A stretch of DNA of 64,000 nucleotides from Camelus dromedarius (taxonomy: Eukaryota): the NCBI RefSeq assembly GCF_036321535.1, contig NC_087436.1, positions 41,542,001 to 41,606,000 of the forward strand. The letters are read 5' to 3'. The translations under genes and the position numbers were made by a program. The notes below the pieces were generated by a model, which saw only the letters and a list, made by a program, of their open reading frames with translations, was not told where the DNA came from and made no database searches. Each line of letters begins with the position of its first letter. Positions within the stretch are counted from its first letter, which is position 1. Shown piece by piece: positions 13,570-25,272 of this stretch.

Positions 13570-14445
13570 CAGAATAAGACTTACTTTAAAGTTTCCTTTC
13601 TTAGAATTTTAGAATGTCAGTTCTTGCATTTACTCTTTGATGCATTTTGAGTTAATTTTTATAGATGTTGTGAGATAAGGATCTGATTTCATTTTTTGGC
13701 TTGTGATTATTTAGTTGTCCCAACACCCTTTGTTGAAAGGCTGTTTTTTCCCTGACTGGTTGGTTTTGGTATCCTTGTTGGAAATCAGTTGACCAAGGAT
13801 GTATGGGTTTATTTCTGGACTCTCAGTTCTATTCCATTGATCTGTATGTCTATCCTTGTATCACAGTCTCTTGATTATTCTTGCTTTGTAGTAAGTTTTG
13901 AAATCTGGAAATGTGAGTCCTTCTACTTTGTCCTTATTTTTCAGGATTATTTTGACTATTCTGGCTGCCTTACATTTCCATATAAATTTTAGATCAACCT
14001 CATTAATTTCTACATAGTCATCTGGGATTCTGTTAGAGATTATGTTGAATCTATAGATCAGTTTAGGGGGTATTATCGCTTTAACAGTTTTAAGTCTTCC
14101 AGTCTGTGAATATGGAATTTTTTTTCATTATTTAGATCTTTAATTTTTTTTCAACAATCTTCTGTAGTTTTCAGAGTATATATTTTACGCCTCTTTTGTT
14201 AAATGTGTTCCTAAGAATTTTATTATTTTGACACTCTTGTGAATGTAATTGTTTTCTTAATTTTATTTTCAAATTGGTAACTGCCAATATATAGAAACAA
14301 AATGGCTTCTTGTGTTAATTTTGTGTCTTCCAATCTTGCTGAACTCAGTTATTAGATATAATAGTTTTCTAGTGGATTCCTTAGGATTTTCTATCTATAA
14401 CATTTTGTGAATAGAGTGTTACTTTTCCCTCCAATCTGGATGCCA
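13570..14445 (-). mobile_element. Old L1 ORF2 fragment (L1M)
   Basis: cattttgagttaatttttat, tatgggtttatttctggactctc and gtagtaagttttgaaatc are typical antisense ORF2; heavily decayed. Confidence 0.9.
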
Positions 14446-15769
14446 GTCTTTTATTTTTTAATTAATTTTTATTATAGACAAGTCTATAAGCCCTTCTGAC
14501 AGTGATGAACTTTTATTTTACCTACTGATGTTTTTAATTTCATTTTAATATCCTAGTCAGTACTTTTTCATAAAATTGTTGTTGATATTGTTTTGCTTTA
14601 GACATTTTCCTCAATTTTGTAGTTAAGTCAAGGCTAGGATACTGATTATTTGGTGGGTTTTTCTACTTATAAATCTCTCACTTGTGATACAGCTCGCTGA
14701 TAACCAATAAACTTCCTAGGAATGCTGGAGATCCTAGATATTTAGAATATTTTGTAATTGCCTATGACACTGTGCCATTTCATGATGACCTTACTTAAGA
14801 ATAAAAATACAGCTATTGATTTTAGCATTAACTTGTTGCATCTACTTAAAATTATTTTCTAAATGTTTTCCCATCAGAAACCTTCAGGTACCAATGGAAA
14901 TGTCTGTATTTTTCTTTTCCTCATGCCTCATGTTGAGTGCGAACAAATGCATGGGAGGCAAAACATGATGCAGTTAAAAATGCACTGTAAATGCAATACC
15001 AAAGGCATATCAAGTTGAGTAAGACATTCAGCATCTCATTATTCAGAGTTAATTGCTATTGTATGCTAGGCATTTAACAATTAATTGCAAGCACCCTATT
15101 TTTATGCTTTCCTCTTAACTTACTTTGTTAATAGACTCCTATAATCAACTTTTTATAAGTATTATATTCTCAAATAAATTAGTACACTGTTTCAGGAATC
15201 ATTTTAAAGCCTGAAAAAATGTACTCTATAAATCCTTACTGGTAAAATCTTCTGTTAAGATTTCTAACTATTTACTATAGCACAAATATATTTACCAAAT
15301 TGTAGTTAATATAAAGAAAGGGTTTGGTCAATGTTGAAAAGTACTTATTTTTCCATTTTCCTTTCTAAATAGTGAGTCTTTGAATAATATGAACTTGTCT
15401 TATCCTACAGTAGCTTATACTAGACTATTGGAGTCATATAATGAGAGTGTCCAGTTTCACTGACCAATATTTTAATTCTGATCCACTGCTCTGGTTCTTG
15501 ATAAGGAATGGACTCTGAATAATATAGATTATTTTTATCTACTGATTTACTATGAATTCTGATAGAATACCAGTATGACCTGAAAGCAGAGCCTCATGAT
15601 TTCTCAATAAATCATTCCATACTTAAAATTTCCATTGGCTACTACCTTTATTAAAATTCATTTATATGCTTCTTATCTTGAGTATTCTTAGGATATTTTC
15701 TGGCACACAGGTAGTGCTTCATAAATATAATTATTATGTTTGGCATTGATGATGTGATGATGATCTATG

Positions 15770-15895
15770 AGTTGTATCATAAAGATAAGGTAACGGAGAA
15801 TCAGAGAGGGTAACTTGCTTAAGGTTGCACAGTTAATAACCACAAAATAGAGATTCTAAATCAGGCTATCTGATTCCATATCATGTGACCATTAT
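15770..15895 (-). mobile_element. MIR SINE core fragment
   Basis: cagagagggtaacttgcttaaggttgcacagttaataa. Confidence 0.75.
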
Positions 15896-16619
15896 TACAA
15901 AGAATCTGGCCACAGCTATTTCCTAAAATAAGTCTGAAATAAAACCAACTATTTCTATCTCTGATTTTCAAATAAAAAGAGGAAGTCCAGAATGATAAAT
16001 CAGCCAGTTAACTATAAGGCATTCACTCTGAGTGCCTACTTCACACTCAGCATTTCTAGGATTTGTGAGGGATATAAGAAAAGGAAATATACACACAAAT
16101 ACACATATCCATACATACACCCACACAGATATGAATATTTATTTAAAAATAAATTAGAAAATAAGGCATGAAATAATTGAAATAATTGCATTATTGTTTT
16201 AAAATGCTGTATACTTCAGAGAGGGAAAATATGTGGCCTTAACTAGAAAAGGCTTTGTAGCAGAAGATACGTGGTAGTCAATCATAAACAAAGACTGAAT
16301 AGAATGAGTGAAGTCCTGGGAATCCCACTGGTAAAAATTTACCTGCACTGAAGCTTGCTTTAGGTGTCTGAGAAATACTGGAAAATATCATTGCTCAAGT
16401 ATAGCAAAATCATATTATCCCAGATTATGAAAGCCAGGAGAGAATATTAGATTTAACAAATTAAATAATAGCATAAAATTATGTACATAGAAGAACTATA
16501 GGAAGAAAGCAATTATTTATAAAGGTTATGTGAACAGACTTCAGGCTAAATTAGAAAAGGAATACTGTGGGTGGTAATAATGTATTCATTCAACAAATAT
16601 TTAAAACCAATCCCAAGAG

Positions 16620-17197
16620 GAGAAATGATTCAGTGGGGAAGAACGGCCACTTTTAGTAGGAAAGTTTAAGATCACATTAGCGAGGAGAATGTGCATGATT
16701 AGACCAGCAACTGGATAAGGTAGACCAGTCTATCAGTGGTCAAATTCCTGGGAGAGACAGAAATAGAACTCATACCAGTGAGGATGGAAAGTTGTAGAGT
16801 GATGGGGCTGCCCAGGGTTAGCTCTTCCAAACCATACCGCTCCTTTTACTGTACAGTCAGAGAATGAGCAAACCATTCATTTTCCATAAAGTAGGTCTCT
16901 AAGTCTGAGGCATGTTAGGCAGAATCACACTCTCGTGAATGAGACTTCTGTGAGCCTCTGATAGTGATGCTGGGTGAAGTCTGTGGACAGGAGAGGCAAA
17001 CTTATAACTGGAATACATGTAAACACTATTAGAATGAAATGTTGTTATTTCCAGGTTAGAAGGGGTGCACTATTACCAATTTGTCACCAAGACATTGGTT
17101 GGCCTCTTTAGAGCAGCACGCCACTAGCCTCTGTGGCTGGTGAGACAGATGCTCAGTGTGAGTAGTAGTAAATTGGTGATGAGAGATCATTGCTGTT
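16620..17197 (-). mobile_element. ERVL/MaLR-class internal fragment including decayed integrase
   Basis: About 16900-17197 resembles antisense ERVL integrase (ggcaaacttataactggaatac, corresponding to the IDTYSGYGFA region, plus the WQVDYIGPLP region); no open frame. The left boundary is uncertain. Confidence 0.7.
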
Positions 17198-17749
17198 ACG
17201 CAATATATGTAGGAAATACTTTAATAGAAAAATATTTAAAAGTCAGCTTCAGGAAACCACAGAAGCTAAAATTAGACATATGAATATTAAAACATGGAAA
17301 GGAATTCTATATGTATATGTATGCATATATATACATATGTGTGTATATATGTATATATACAGTTATATATATGTAGTTTAGTGTTAAGTGATAGAGAAAT
17401 GTGGTAGTAAAACAAAGAAATTCACAGAAATTATATAAACTACATGTGGTAGAGAAGGTGGAAAACAAAAGGATTGAGCAGAAACTTTCATTACTTATAC
17501 CTATTTATGAAATTATTCATAATATTTTAGAGATAATACTTGATAAGCATTGCTAATTTAGATAGCTCTTTTGTTGGCCAGGGCTTTGTCATTTTTTTTA
17601 ATAATTGAGCCTATTAGTAATAGTAATGAATTAAATTTAAACAGAACTTAGCACACTTTATACTTTCATATATAAAACTTGGATGAGACCATTAAAGTCA
17701 CATCTACCAGATTTCCTGAACTTAAGGAGCTAAGAACAACAGTAAATTA

Positions 17750-18790
17750 TTTTGATGAAAGTATTAGAATTCAAAATGATCCTAAAAAGCTGAAACAGTG
17801 GGCTGTTTCAGCAAAAATAATTAAACACTGAGTTTAGAGATAAAGAACTTACCTACACAAAGACAACATCATCCTAAATAGTCCCTGTGGAAATGGAAAC
17901 TAAAGTACTTAGCAGCACATTATATCTGTACATGTCTATGTATGTCTATCTATCCATGTTTATATCATACAGAAGATAATTTATTAAAGTGTGCTATGAA
18001 TTGTTAGTGCGAGGAATGTGTCAAAAACTGATAGGTTTTGGCTCCTTTAACAGGAAGATAGCACAGAAAACAGGATGCTAATTGTATCATGCCTCTGACC
18101 AGGTGTACTTTACTGGTCAGGTTAAATCTGCAATATTGTATGAAGTTCTCTGAGTCATAAGATGATGTTAAACATAAAAACATAAATAACTTAAGTTACA
18201 TAAGAAAGATACCAAATTTTAGAACATCAAAATTATGGTGTTTTGTTAATATTTACTCTTTAATTTAAGAAACCTTATCTTTAATGATTTGCTGATGCTT
18301 GAACTCTGTCATTATTTCCAATGCAATCTCAATTTTCAATTATAAAGAAAGCATTTTCTAAGGTATTAAAAGATAGAATAGTTCAATAAACCCCCTTATG
18401 GCCATGATCTAGATTAAACAATTATTAAGATTTTGTCATATATGTTTATTTATTCAATGCTCTTTATGTGGATAAGTTGAAACAAAGTATCACTTATTAT
18501 GTAATTTTATTCCTATATACCTCTGTATTCATTTCTATAAAATCTTCTCATTTCCTTGCAATCAACATAATTATTATCATAAATTCCATAAATCACAGTT
18601 AGTGACATTTGAAAACACATTTTATGGAGTGATTTAAAGAGAGAAAAGAACTCAGGTTTAAATATTAACTGTCATCAAATATTGGATGATACATCAGCTG
18701 GATGGAGAACTATGTATTTCTGTAGTCTCCAGACAGTAGAACTGAGACCAGTGGTTGCAGTTTATATGCAGACAGATAATCTTACATATG
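17750..18790 (+). mobile_element. L3/CR1 LINE fragments, interrupted at about 18170-18620
   Basis: attcaaaatgatcctaaaaagctgaaacagtgggctg, tactggtcaggttaaatctgcaatattgt and ccagacagtagaactgagaccagtgg match L3 3' sequence in consensus order. The interruption contains an antisense L1ME-like 3' piece. Confidence 0.75.
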
Positions 18791-18910
18791 AAAGACAAAC
18801 AGAAATAGGAAATTTACCAGGAGGGTATCCCTGGAATAACAGTCTGTTCTCAAATACATACAGATTTCTTATCTCATTCTTATTTCTTACATTTTTCCAC
18901 GTGTACAACA

Positions 18911-18975
18911 TACAAACACCAAGGTTTGTCCTATAAATGTGTACAAACACCAAGGTTTGTCCTATAAATATGTAC
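18911..18975. repeat. 31-bp tandem duplication (1 mismatch)
   Basis: TACAAACACCAAGGTTTGTCCTATAAAT(G/A)TG at 18911 and 18942. Confidence 0.95.
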
Positions 18976-19462
18976 CCTTAAACCTAAAAAAGAACATTTA
19001 AAATTTTCAAAGTATAAATCTGTTTTTTTTTCCTTAAAAGCTAACAATAAAGAAACATAGCAAGCTTTTAGGGAACAATGAAAATACTAAAACGTTTATC
19101 AGAAAATAACCTTCCCAGAGAAATAGCCTTTAAATCTTAAAAAAAAATCACGTTAATCTCAGTGTGATTATTTGTGTGCATGTTGGACTTTGTATCCATT
19201 AATACATATTTTAATTTCAAGTTCAAATCAGTAACACCAAGTCTGTCTGTAACTCCTGCAGCCTCCACTCTCCATCACTGAAATTTTCACAACCTGATAC
19301 CTATGTTACCTATATGGAACTCTGAGAAGACCTATTTAGTTAGGGCAGGGGTAGGAGACAGTCATCAGCACAACATAGTCAAGTTTACTGAACTTCTGTC
19401 CCTTGGAACACAAATGGAAAAATAAACACCTAGAAGTGTAGTTGTAATTGAAATGTTTGTAG

Positions 19463-19925
19463 TGTATCAGTGATGGTGTTGGCTTCTAGGAAAATTGACC
19501 TGAAATAAAAGTGCTTTAAACTATAGCTGAAGTTTTATGCAGGTAGCTCAGAGCGGGTTGTGTATCTCAACAATGTCCCTAATAGGTGCTAGGATTCTTC
19601 CATCTGTCAATGCCATTTTTACTACTTCAGATTACCTTCTGCTCAACAAGATTGTTACTAGAATACCAACCACTAATTACTACTCATACTCAGGAACAAG
19701 AGAAGGGGAAAGTAGGGAATGTGCCAGCTTTCCTCAAAGTTCCACTCAATGGCTTTGCAGTATACGTTCTGAGTACTCGTTTTTGCAAAGGGAAGACAAG
19801 AAATGAAGGAGTTTTTTATAGCTGAATTTACTCATATATTCTTGCTTCTATCAACATACTCTTTTTGTTACTAAAGTAAAAGGAGAGAATGGATCTTGAA
19901 TCAGTAATTAGTAATCTCTGCCACA
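19463..19925 (-). mobile_element. Old MaLR LTR (MLT1J/K-like)
   Basis: Starts tgtatcag and ends gtaattagtaatctctgccaca; degenerate interior. Confidence 0.65.
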
Positions 19926-21077
19926 TTTCCGACATAAAGAAAGTTTCAAATACTCTTGGATACAAATTACTTGAAAACTTTAGGGAGCAAGATTTGGATT
20001 AATTAATACATTTGACAGATTCTTTTTAAGCTTACAAATACTAATTTTTTCAATATTTCTTGAATACAAAAATGAGATTTAATAATATATAATGTAACAT
20101 TCTATATATGCCATTATAAAAAAAGTTCATTCCAATTCAAATCAAAATAATAAGCTTTTGAATAATGAGAATGATCAATTTGAAATGACCTTTCATAAAA
20201 TGATTTTATATAATCAATAGTAATTTTAGGAAAATAATTGCATTTATGACCCTTACAAGGAAATGTTAAATATAGTCTTTAATATTTGAGTTTAGTGTGT
20301 TACCAAGGCAATAATATAAAGAGAATGTATTTTCTTTTAAAATTGTGTGTAATTATTTAAATTGCTACAGTGGTATTTATTTTCATATTTTTATGTTCCT
20401 TATCTAAGTTGGTGAACTGAACCAAAGAAACATAATTAAATCGTATATATTTGGCACAGGTATGCTCACTTAATTTTGTCATGCTTTTTATAAAACTTTT
20501 TATTAATGAAATATTTCATTATCATAGTGCCTTTATATATTTTCTATCTTTTCTAATTCTATTAGAATTTTCTCAGTGTAAATACTAGCCTTCCTCTTAA
20601 ACCATTAGAATATTCAGGTCAGTATTTTCAGCATGTCTAATATGAGGGAATATTCAGAAGATGGCATAAGCAAGCATCATTGATTGTCTCATTTCCCTAG
20701 CCATCCCTCAGTCCATATCTAAGTTCCAATCGTCTGTTCTGTGACCACAATCACCCTCACCACTGTAAGAAAACAAAGGAATGAAATGTTTGGGAGAACA
20801 GGATTGGATAAAGGGAAAAAAAGTAATGAGAGAAGAATAGCCATAGAGTAAAAAGAAGAAAAGAGGAAAAAAGAGAAAGGAAAAGTTTAAAAGTTTCAAG
20901 TAAATATACTAAGTTTACCTTCATTTCAATTCTTATTAATCTGTTAAATGATCTTTATATGTTTCTGATATCCTCAAGATTAATGGAAGTTGGTAATGAA
21001 CAACTCAACTTTCCTTATTGGAAAATGAAATCCAAACAAGAAAGACTGTCAGAGTTATTTTTTATTTTTCTTTTCAG

Positions 21078-21106
21078 AACGATATCATAGCCATTGTTAT
21101 TAATAA
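21078..21106 (+). CDS. Candidate 29-nt internal exon of an unidentified large gene (NDIIAIVIN+AA)
   Basis: Strong acceptor ttatttttcttttcag| and donor TAA|GTAAGC; one stop-free frame; lies in repeat-free sequence. No homology recognised. Confidence 0.45.
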
Positions 21107-21394
21107 GTAAGCCAAGTACCTGGTGAGGCCACAGCTAAGTATTAGAGAATTAAGCAATGCAGTCTGAAATGCTTCTGTAAGAAATTTGGTTTTTACTTAA
21201 AGAGGCAACGGGAGAAAAGAAACAACTGAATAAATAAGTGGCCGAGTATTCATTCCCTTGGCTCCATTCCTCGATCAGGTGTGTTTGTGAAGTTAAGGTC
21301 AGTTCCCAATGACATGTACAGAGCAGCCGCTGGAAGGCATTGACTGGTTCCTGCACCTGCTGAGTTAATCTCAAAATGTCCATTTTGCTGCTCC

Positions 21395-21408
21395 TTTGCT
21401 ATAGCAAC
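21395..21408. promoter_or_regulatory. RFX X-box-like palindrome TTTGCTATAGCAAC
   Basis: 13/14 match to GTTGCTATAGCAAC with a perfect 12-bp palindrome at 21396-21407, inside a repeat-free block that retains CpGs. Confidence 0.4.
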
Positions 21409-22723
21409 GAAGAATTTTACTCTCTTGATAACCAGTTAGTCATACACGCAAATCTACAGCTCTACTTCTTTTTCTCACTGTTTCTCACCTTTCCATCTTG
21501 GCTATTGCCATTTGATTTCAACTTTTAGTTGATAATTTCAAGCATACTCTCATTTCTGCTTTTTTGGAAAAGATGTCATGTGTAAGAGTCTGCTGCTTAA
21601 AGTAAGTCATTTACAGAAAATTAAAATGAAAAGTTCACAGAGAACCTGTGCTTTTAGAAGCCCTGAAATGGCTCATGCTGTTGCCCTGACTCACTTTGGT
21701 CTTCCTTCTGAATGAAATTTTTCTTCATGGTTTTTGATTATGCATTCAATTGTGATGCCTCTTCAGCAGCGACCCATTCATTGATGACGGTCACTCATCT
21801 GAGGAACAGAGACAGAACATGCAGACTAATCAGGATTTGTAATATAATAGGAAAAGCAAATATGTAAAAACTGAAAGGAATGAAAATATTTCTTAAGCAA
21901 ATCACAAATTTAAGTGTTGTTTTACTCTTACTTTTACCAGACAGCAGAAATCCAGGAATTTATGTTAGACCTATTTGATATCTTACGTGGTAATTATAAA
22001 TATAAATGCTGAGCAGATTCAGATATTCAATGATATGCCATCAGGAGGTATGATTACTTTTCTTTATATAGCCTTTGCTCTACTCTATATGATAAAGCAA
22101 TCTTTTAATTTTTATTTTTTCCTTCCTTTGTTCTACGGTACCTAATTACCTCATTGATTGGCTAGGGAGAAATGATTACATTAGTGTTTATAACTATTAA
22201 AATATGATTTTTTTTAACTAAAGTTGGGTTGTATTCTGTCACTCAGTGTATCTGGCTTTACAAGAGAATGATTATTATTTTAAAAAGCAATAGAAAGTGA
22301 AAATAGCTTGCATTCATGCCTTACTTACAGATGTTTTAGAAGAAACATTCTTTCTCAAAGAAAGTAAGTGGCACCAGTAAAATGACCTAAGACATTTTAG
22401 GTAATGTCTGTCCTCAGTTGTTCAGATTTCTATACCAATAACCCATCTGTGATTTTAAATGAAATTACTACTTCTATGAGAAACATAAGGGAAAACTTCT
22501 ACCCAAACAAAACAAAAGAAACTATTGCTTCTGAAAATTATATTCCAATGAAAATTTTGATGGAAGTCATACCTTATTTGGAGAGTGTGAAAAGGTAATT
22601 TTAGTTACATAAAACCCATCAATGTATATTATTTAATAATAGGAAGATATATATAGAGATATATATGTGATTTTCATGACTCAATTATTGAATATTTAAA
22701 TTATGCATTACTTTATTACATAC

Positions 22724-22782
22724 AGAAATTAGACTGAAGAGTATTTAATGAGAAGCACTGTACTGTATTCAGTCTAATTTCT
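22724..22782. repeat. Perfect 15-bp inverted repeat with 29-nt spacer
   Basis: AGAAATTAGACTGAA (22724-22738) and TTCAGTCTAATTTCT (22768-22782). Confidence 0.95.
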
Positions 22783-22849
22783 ATGAGCCATGAAGATTAA
22801 ATGTGATATCAAATGTGAAATACCTAACGTAGAGCTGAACATGAAAAAC

Positions 22850-24150
22850 ATACATCCACTTATGTAAGAAATATTTGGGTGCTTGTTCTCTAGCAGTCAC
22901 TTTTGTAGATGCTAAGAACACTGAGGTGAATCAAAATATATTACTCTCTGCCCTGAAGGTGTTTAAATTCTTATGAAGGTCTCAGACAATAATAAAATAA
23001 GCAAGTACATATATTTTATGAAGAAAGTAAGAAAGCGTAAGAAAATTATAGTTACAGATTATATTACATAGGTTCTTGAAAACAGGACATTTGAGCAAAT
23101 GAAATTAATAGAAAGGAGAATTTGAGGCAGGCATCTTTGAGATTTCCTCTTCAAGGAAGAAGGAAAGGGTGCTATGAGGTCCCTGCCATTTGAATGAAAT
23201 CCACATTTTCAAAGAACGAGATTACAATGCCTTCAATGTATCAAGAGAGGCACAGAATGGTAAGAAATGAAAGTGAAAAGTTCACCAAGGGTGGATTATA
23301 TGAAATTATAGTAAATATATGTGATAGGTGGAATAAATGTCCTCAAAAATATTCACATCCTATTCCCAGAATCTGTAAATATTTTGTTACATGGTATGGA
23401 GGAGGATTAATATTTCAAATGGGATTAAGTTTGCTAATTAGATTACCTTAAAAAGATTATCCTGAATCTTCTGAGAGGATCCATTGTAATGACAAGTTCT
23501 TTAAATATGGAAGAAGAATGCAGAATAGTCTGGGTCAGAGTGATGTATTATGAAAAAGACTGGATATTGCTGGTTTGGAGATGCAAAGAGGATATAAGCC
23601 AAGGAATATAGATAGCCTTTAGAAGCTGGAAAAGCCAATGAAACACTCTTCTATAACCTCCACAAAGAGTATAGCCCTACTGACACCTTGATATTAGCCC
23701 AGTAAAACCCATTTCAGACTCATGAACTCCCAGATTTGAGAATAAATTCATGGTGTTTTAAGCTGCTAAATGTGTGGTTATTTGTTAATGGCAACGGCAG
23801 AAAATGAATATAATACAATAAAAATGACTCTGGTGAGTCCAGAGAAGAGCATGATCTTATATGATTAACCCTTTAAGACAGGTATTCACCTGCTGTAGAG
23901 AATAATGTGTAGGGAACAAGAGTGGAAGCAGAGAAGTCAGGTGGGTGGGTATTTCATTAGTTCAGGAAAGAGGTGATGGGCACTTGGACTTGGATGGGAT
24001 AGATTATGGTGGGAAACAGATTCAGTATTATTTTGATACCAAAAAAATTTGCTGATAGATTTGATACAAGGTGTGGTAATAATGAGGAATCTAAAATATA
24101 TTGAAACTGTTTGCTTTGATCAGTAGGATAAATTGTGAAGCTATTTGTTA
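22850..24150 (-). mobile_element. L2 LINE split by an MLT1D insertion
   Basis: Antisense L2 tail and body (ctctctgccctgaagg; caagagtggaagcagagaagtcag) continue on both sides of the LTR. Confidence 0.7.
23320..23812 (+). mobile_element. MaLR solo LTR (MLT1D-like)
   Basis: tgtgataggtggaataa start, agccaaggaat...tagaagctggaaaag, AATAAA; 5-bp TSD ATATA/ATACA. Confidence 0.9.
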
Positions 24151-24665
24151 AGATGAATTTGGAATGTAACTTTCTTCCTATTGTACATATCACACCTAAT
24201 AGCTTAACAACATAGTAAGCATTCAATAAACATTTAATGAAAACAATACGAATACTGACGAAGATGATGATAATAATGACAATGTCAGAGGTAATGATGC
24301 AAAATGATCTTAAAATGTTGAGAAAGATAAGATGAAAAAAAGAACCTTAATGGGCCTTTATTGAACATTACAGATAAATGAATTAAATAGCACTAATTAA
24401 TTTTCCTTCATTTTTTTTCAGAATTCTAGTGAGTCAGATGAAGTGAGACAAAATCAGAATGCACCATAAGCTACATAGAGATTTTGTTCCACACTGATGC
24501 TTAGTATTTTCTCTCAATTTGTCTTTTTCTAAATTTTACCACGTTACTTTTAGTCAAGTAACTAAAAATTAATTTCTATGATCATCATTAGGCCTCCATA
24601 TAATGTAGAAAAACCTTAGTAAGGGCTATATATTTAAACTTTGTTAATGTTGAATTATTGAAGAT

Positions 24666-25272
24666 TGTGTGTTTGTCACAAGTTGTGGGTTCTGGCCAGC
24701 AGAAGTCCCACCGAGACGGAATGAATTACCCAAGACTTTGGGGAAAAGTCAAGAGAGTGAGAGGGAGTCGGGAGCCAACTCCACGAGCCTCTCAAATCTC
24801 TCATATTTATTGAGTACAGTCAGATGCAGGAATTTAGGGAAGGACAGAGTGGGATCACAGTGAGTACAAAGGCTTTGTTTGTGGTTGGTGTTTGGCTCAA
24901 GGTCAGAAGACCCTTTTTGGTGAATCATAATCATGTTGAGCCTTTCAGCTTATCAGCGTGGAACATATGAGAATCAGCTGCTTGACAAGATTTTCCTGGA
25001 CTCAGGCAGCCGTGCCTGTCTTAGGTTGCCCCCTCAGGGGATCTTACCAGTCATTGGCTAACCAGCCTTCTCACCTCTGAGTCTGCAGCTTCTTGCCATT
25101 CCAGCCCAAGGCTGTTTTGGGGATAGAAGACTAACAGCAGGCATGCCCAGCATTCATAGCTGGGGGCCTGGGTCATTGCTAAAACCTCAAGGCAGGTACT
25201 AAGCACATCTTCTTTAAGGAGATAAGTGGCTCAGATTGTTACAATTTGTTAACCCAATCATAGGCTCCCACA
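24666..25272 (-). mobile_element. Solo ERV LTR, probably ERV2/betaretrovirus-like
   Basis: TG...CA ends (minus strand starts TGTGGGAG), AATAAA on the minus strand (24806-24811), 6-bp TSD GAAGAT/GAAGGT, retained CpGs. Confidence 0.75.

Noticed and set aside
21941..21989. Possible exon TAEIQEFMLDLFDILR
   Set aside because: The acceptor is reasonable but the donor GTG|GTAATT is weak, the phase does not fit the 29-nt exon, and longer versions hit stops.
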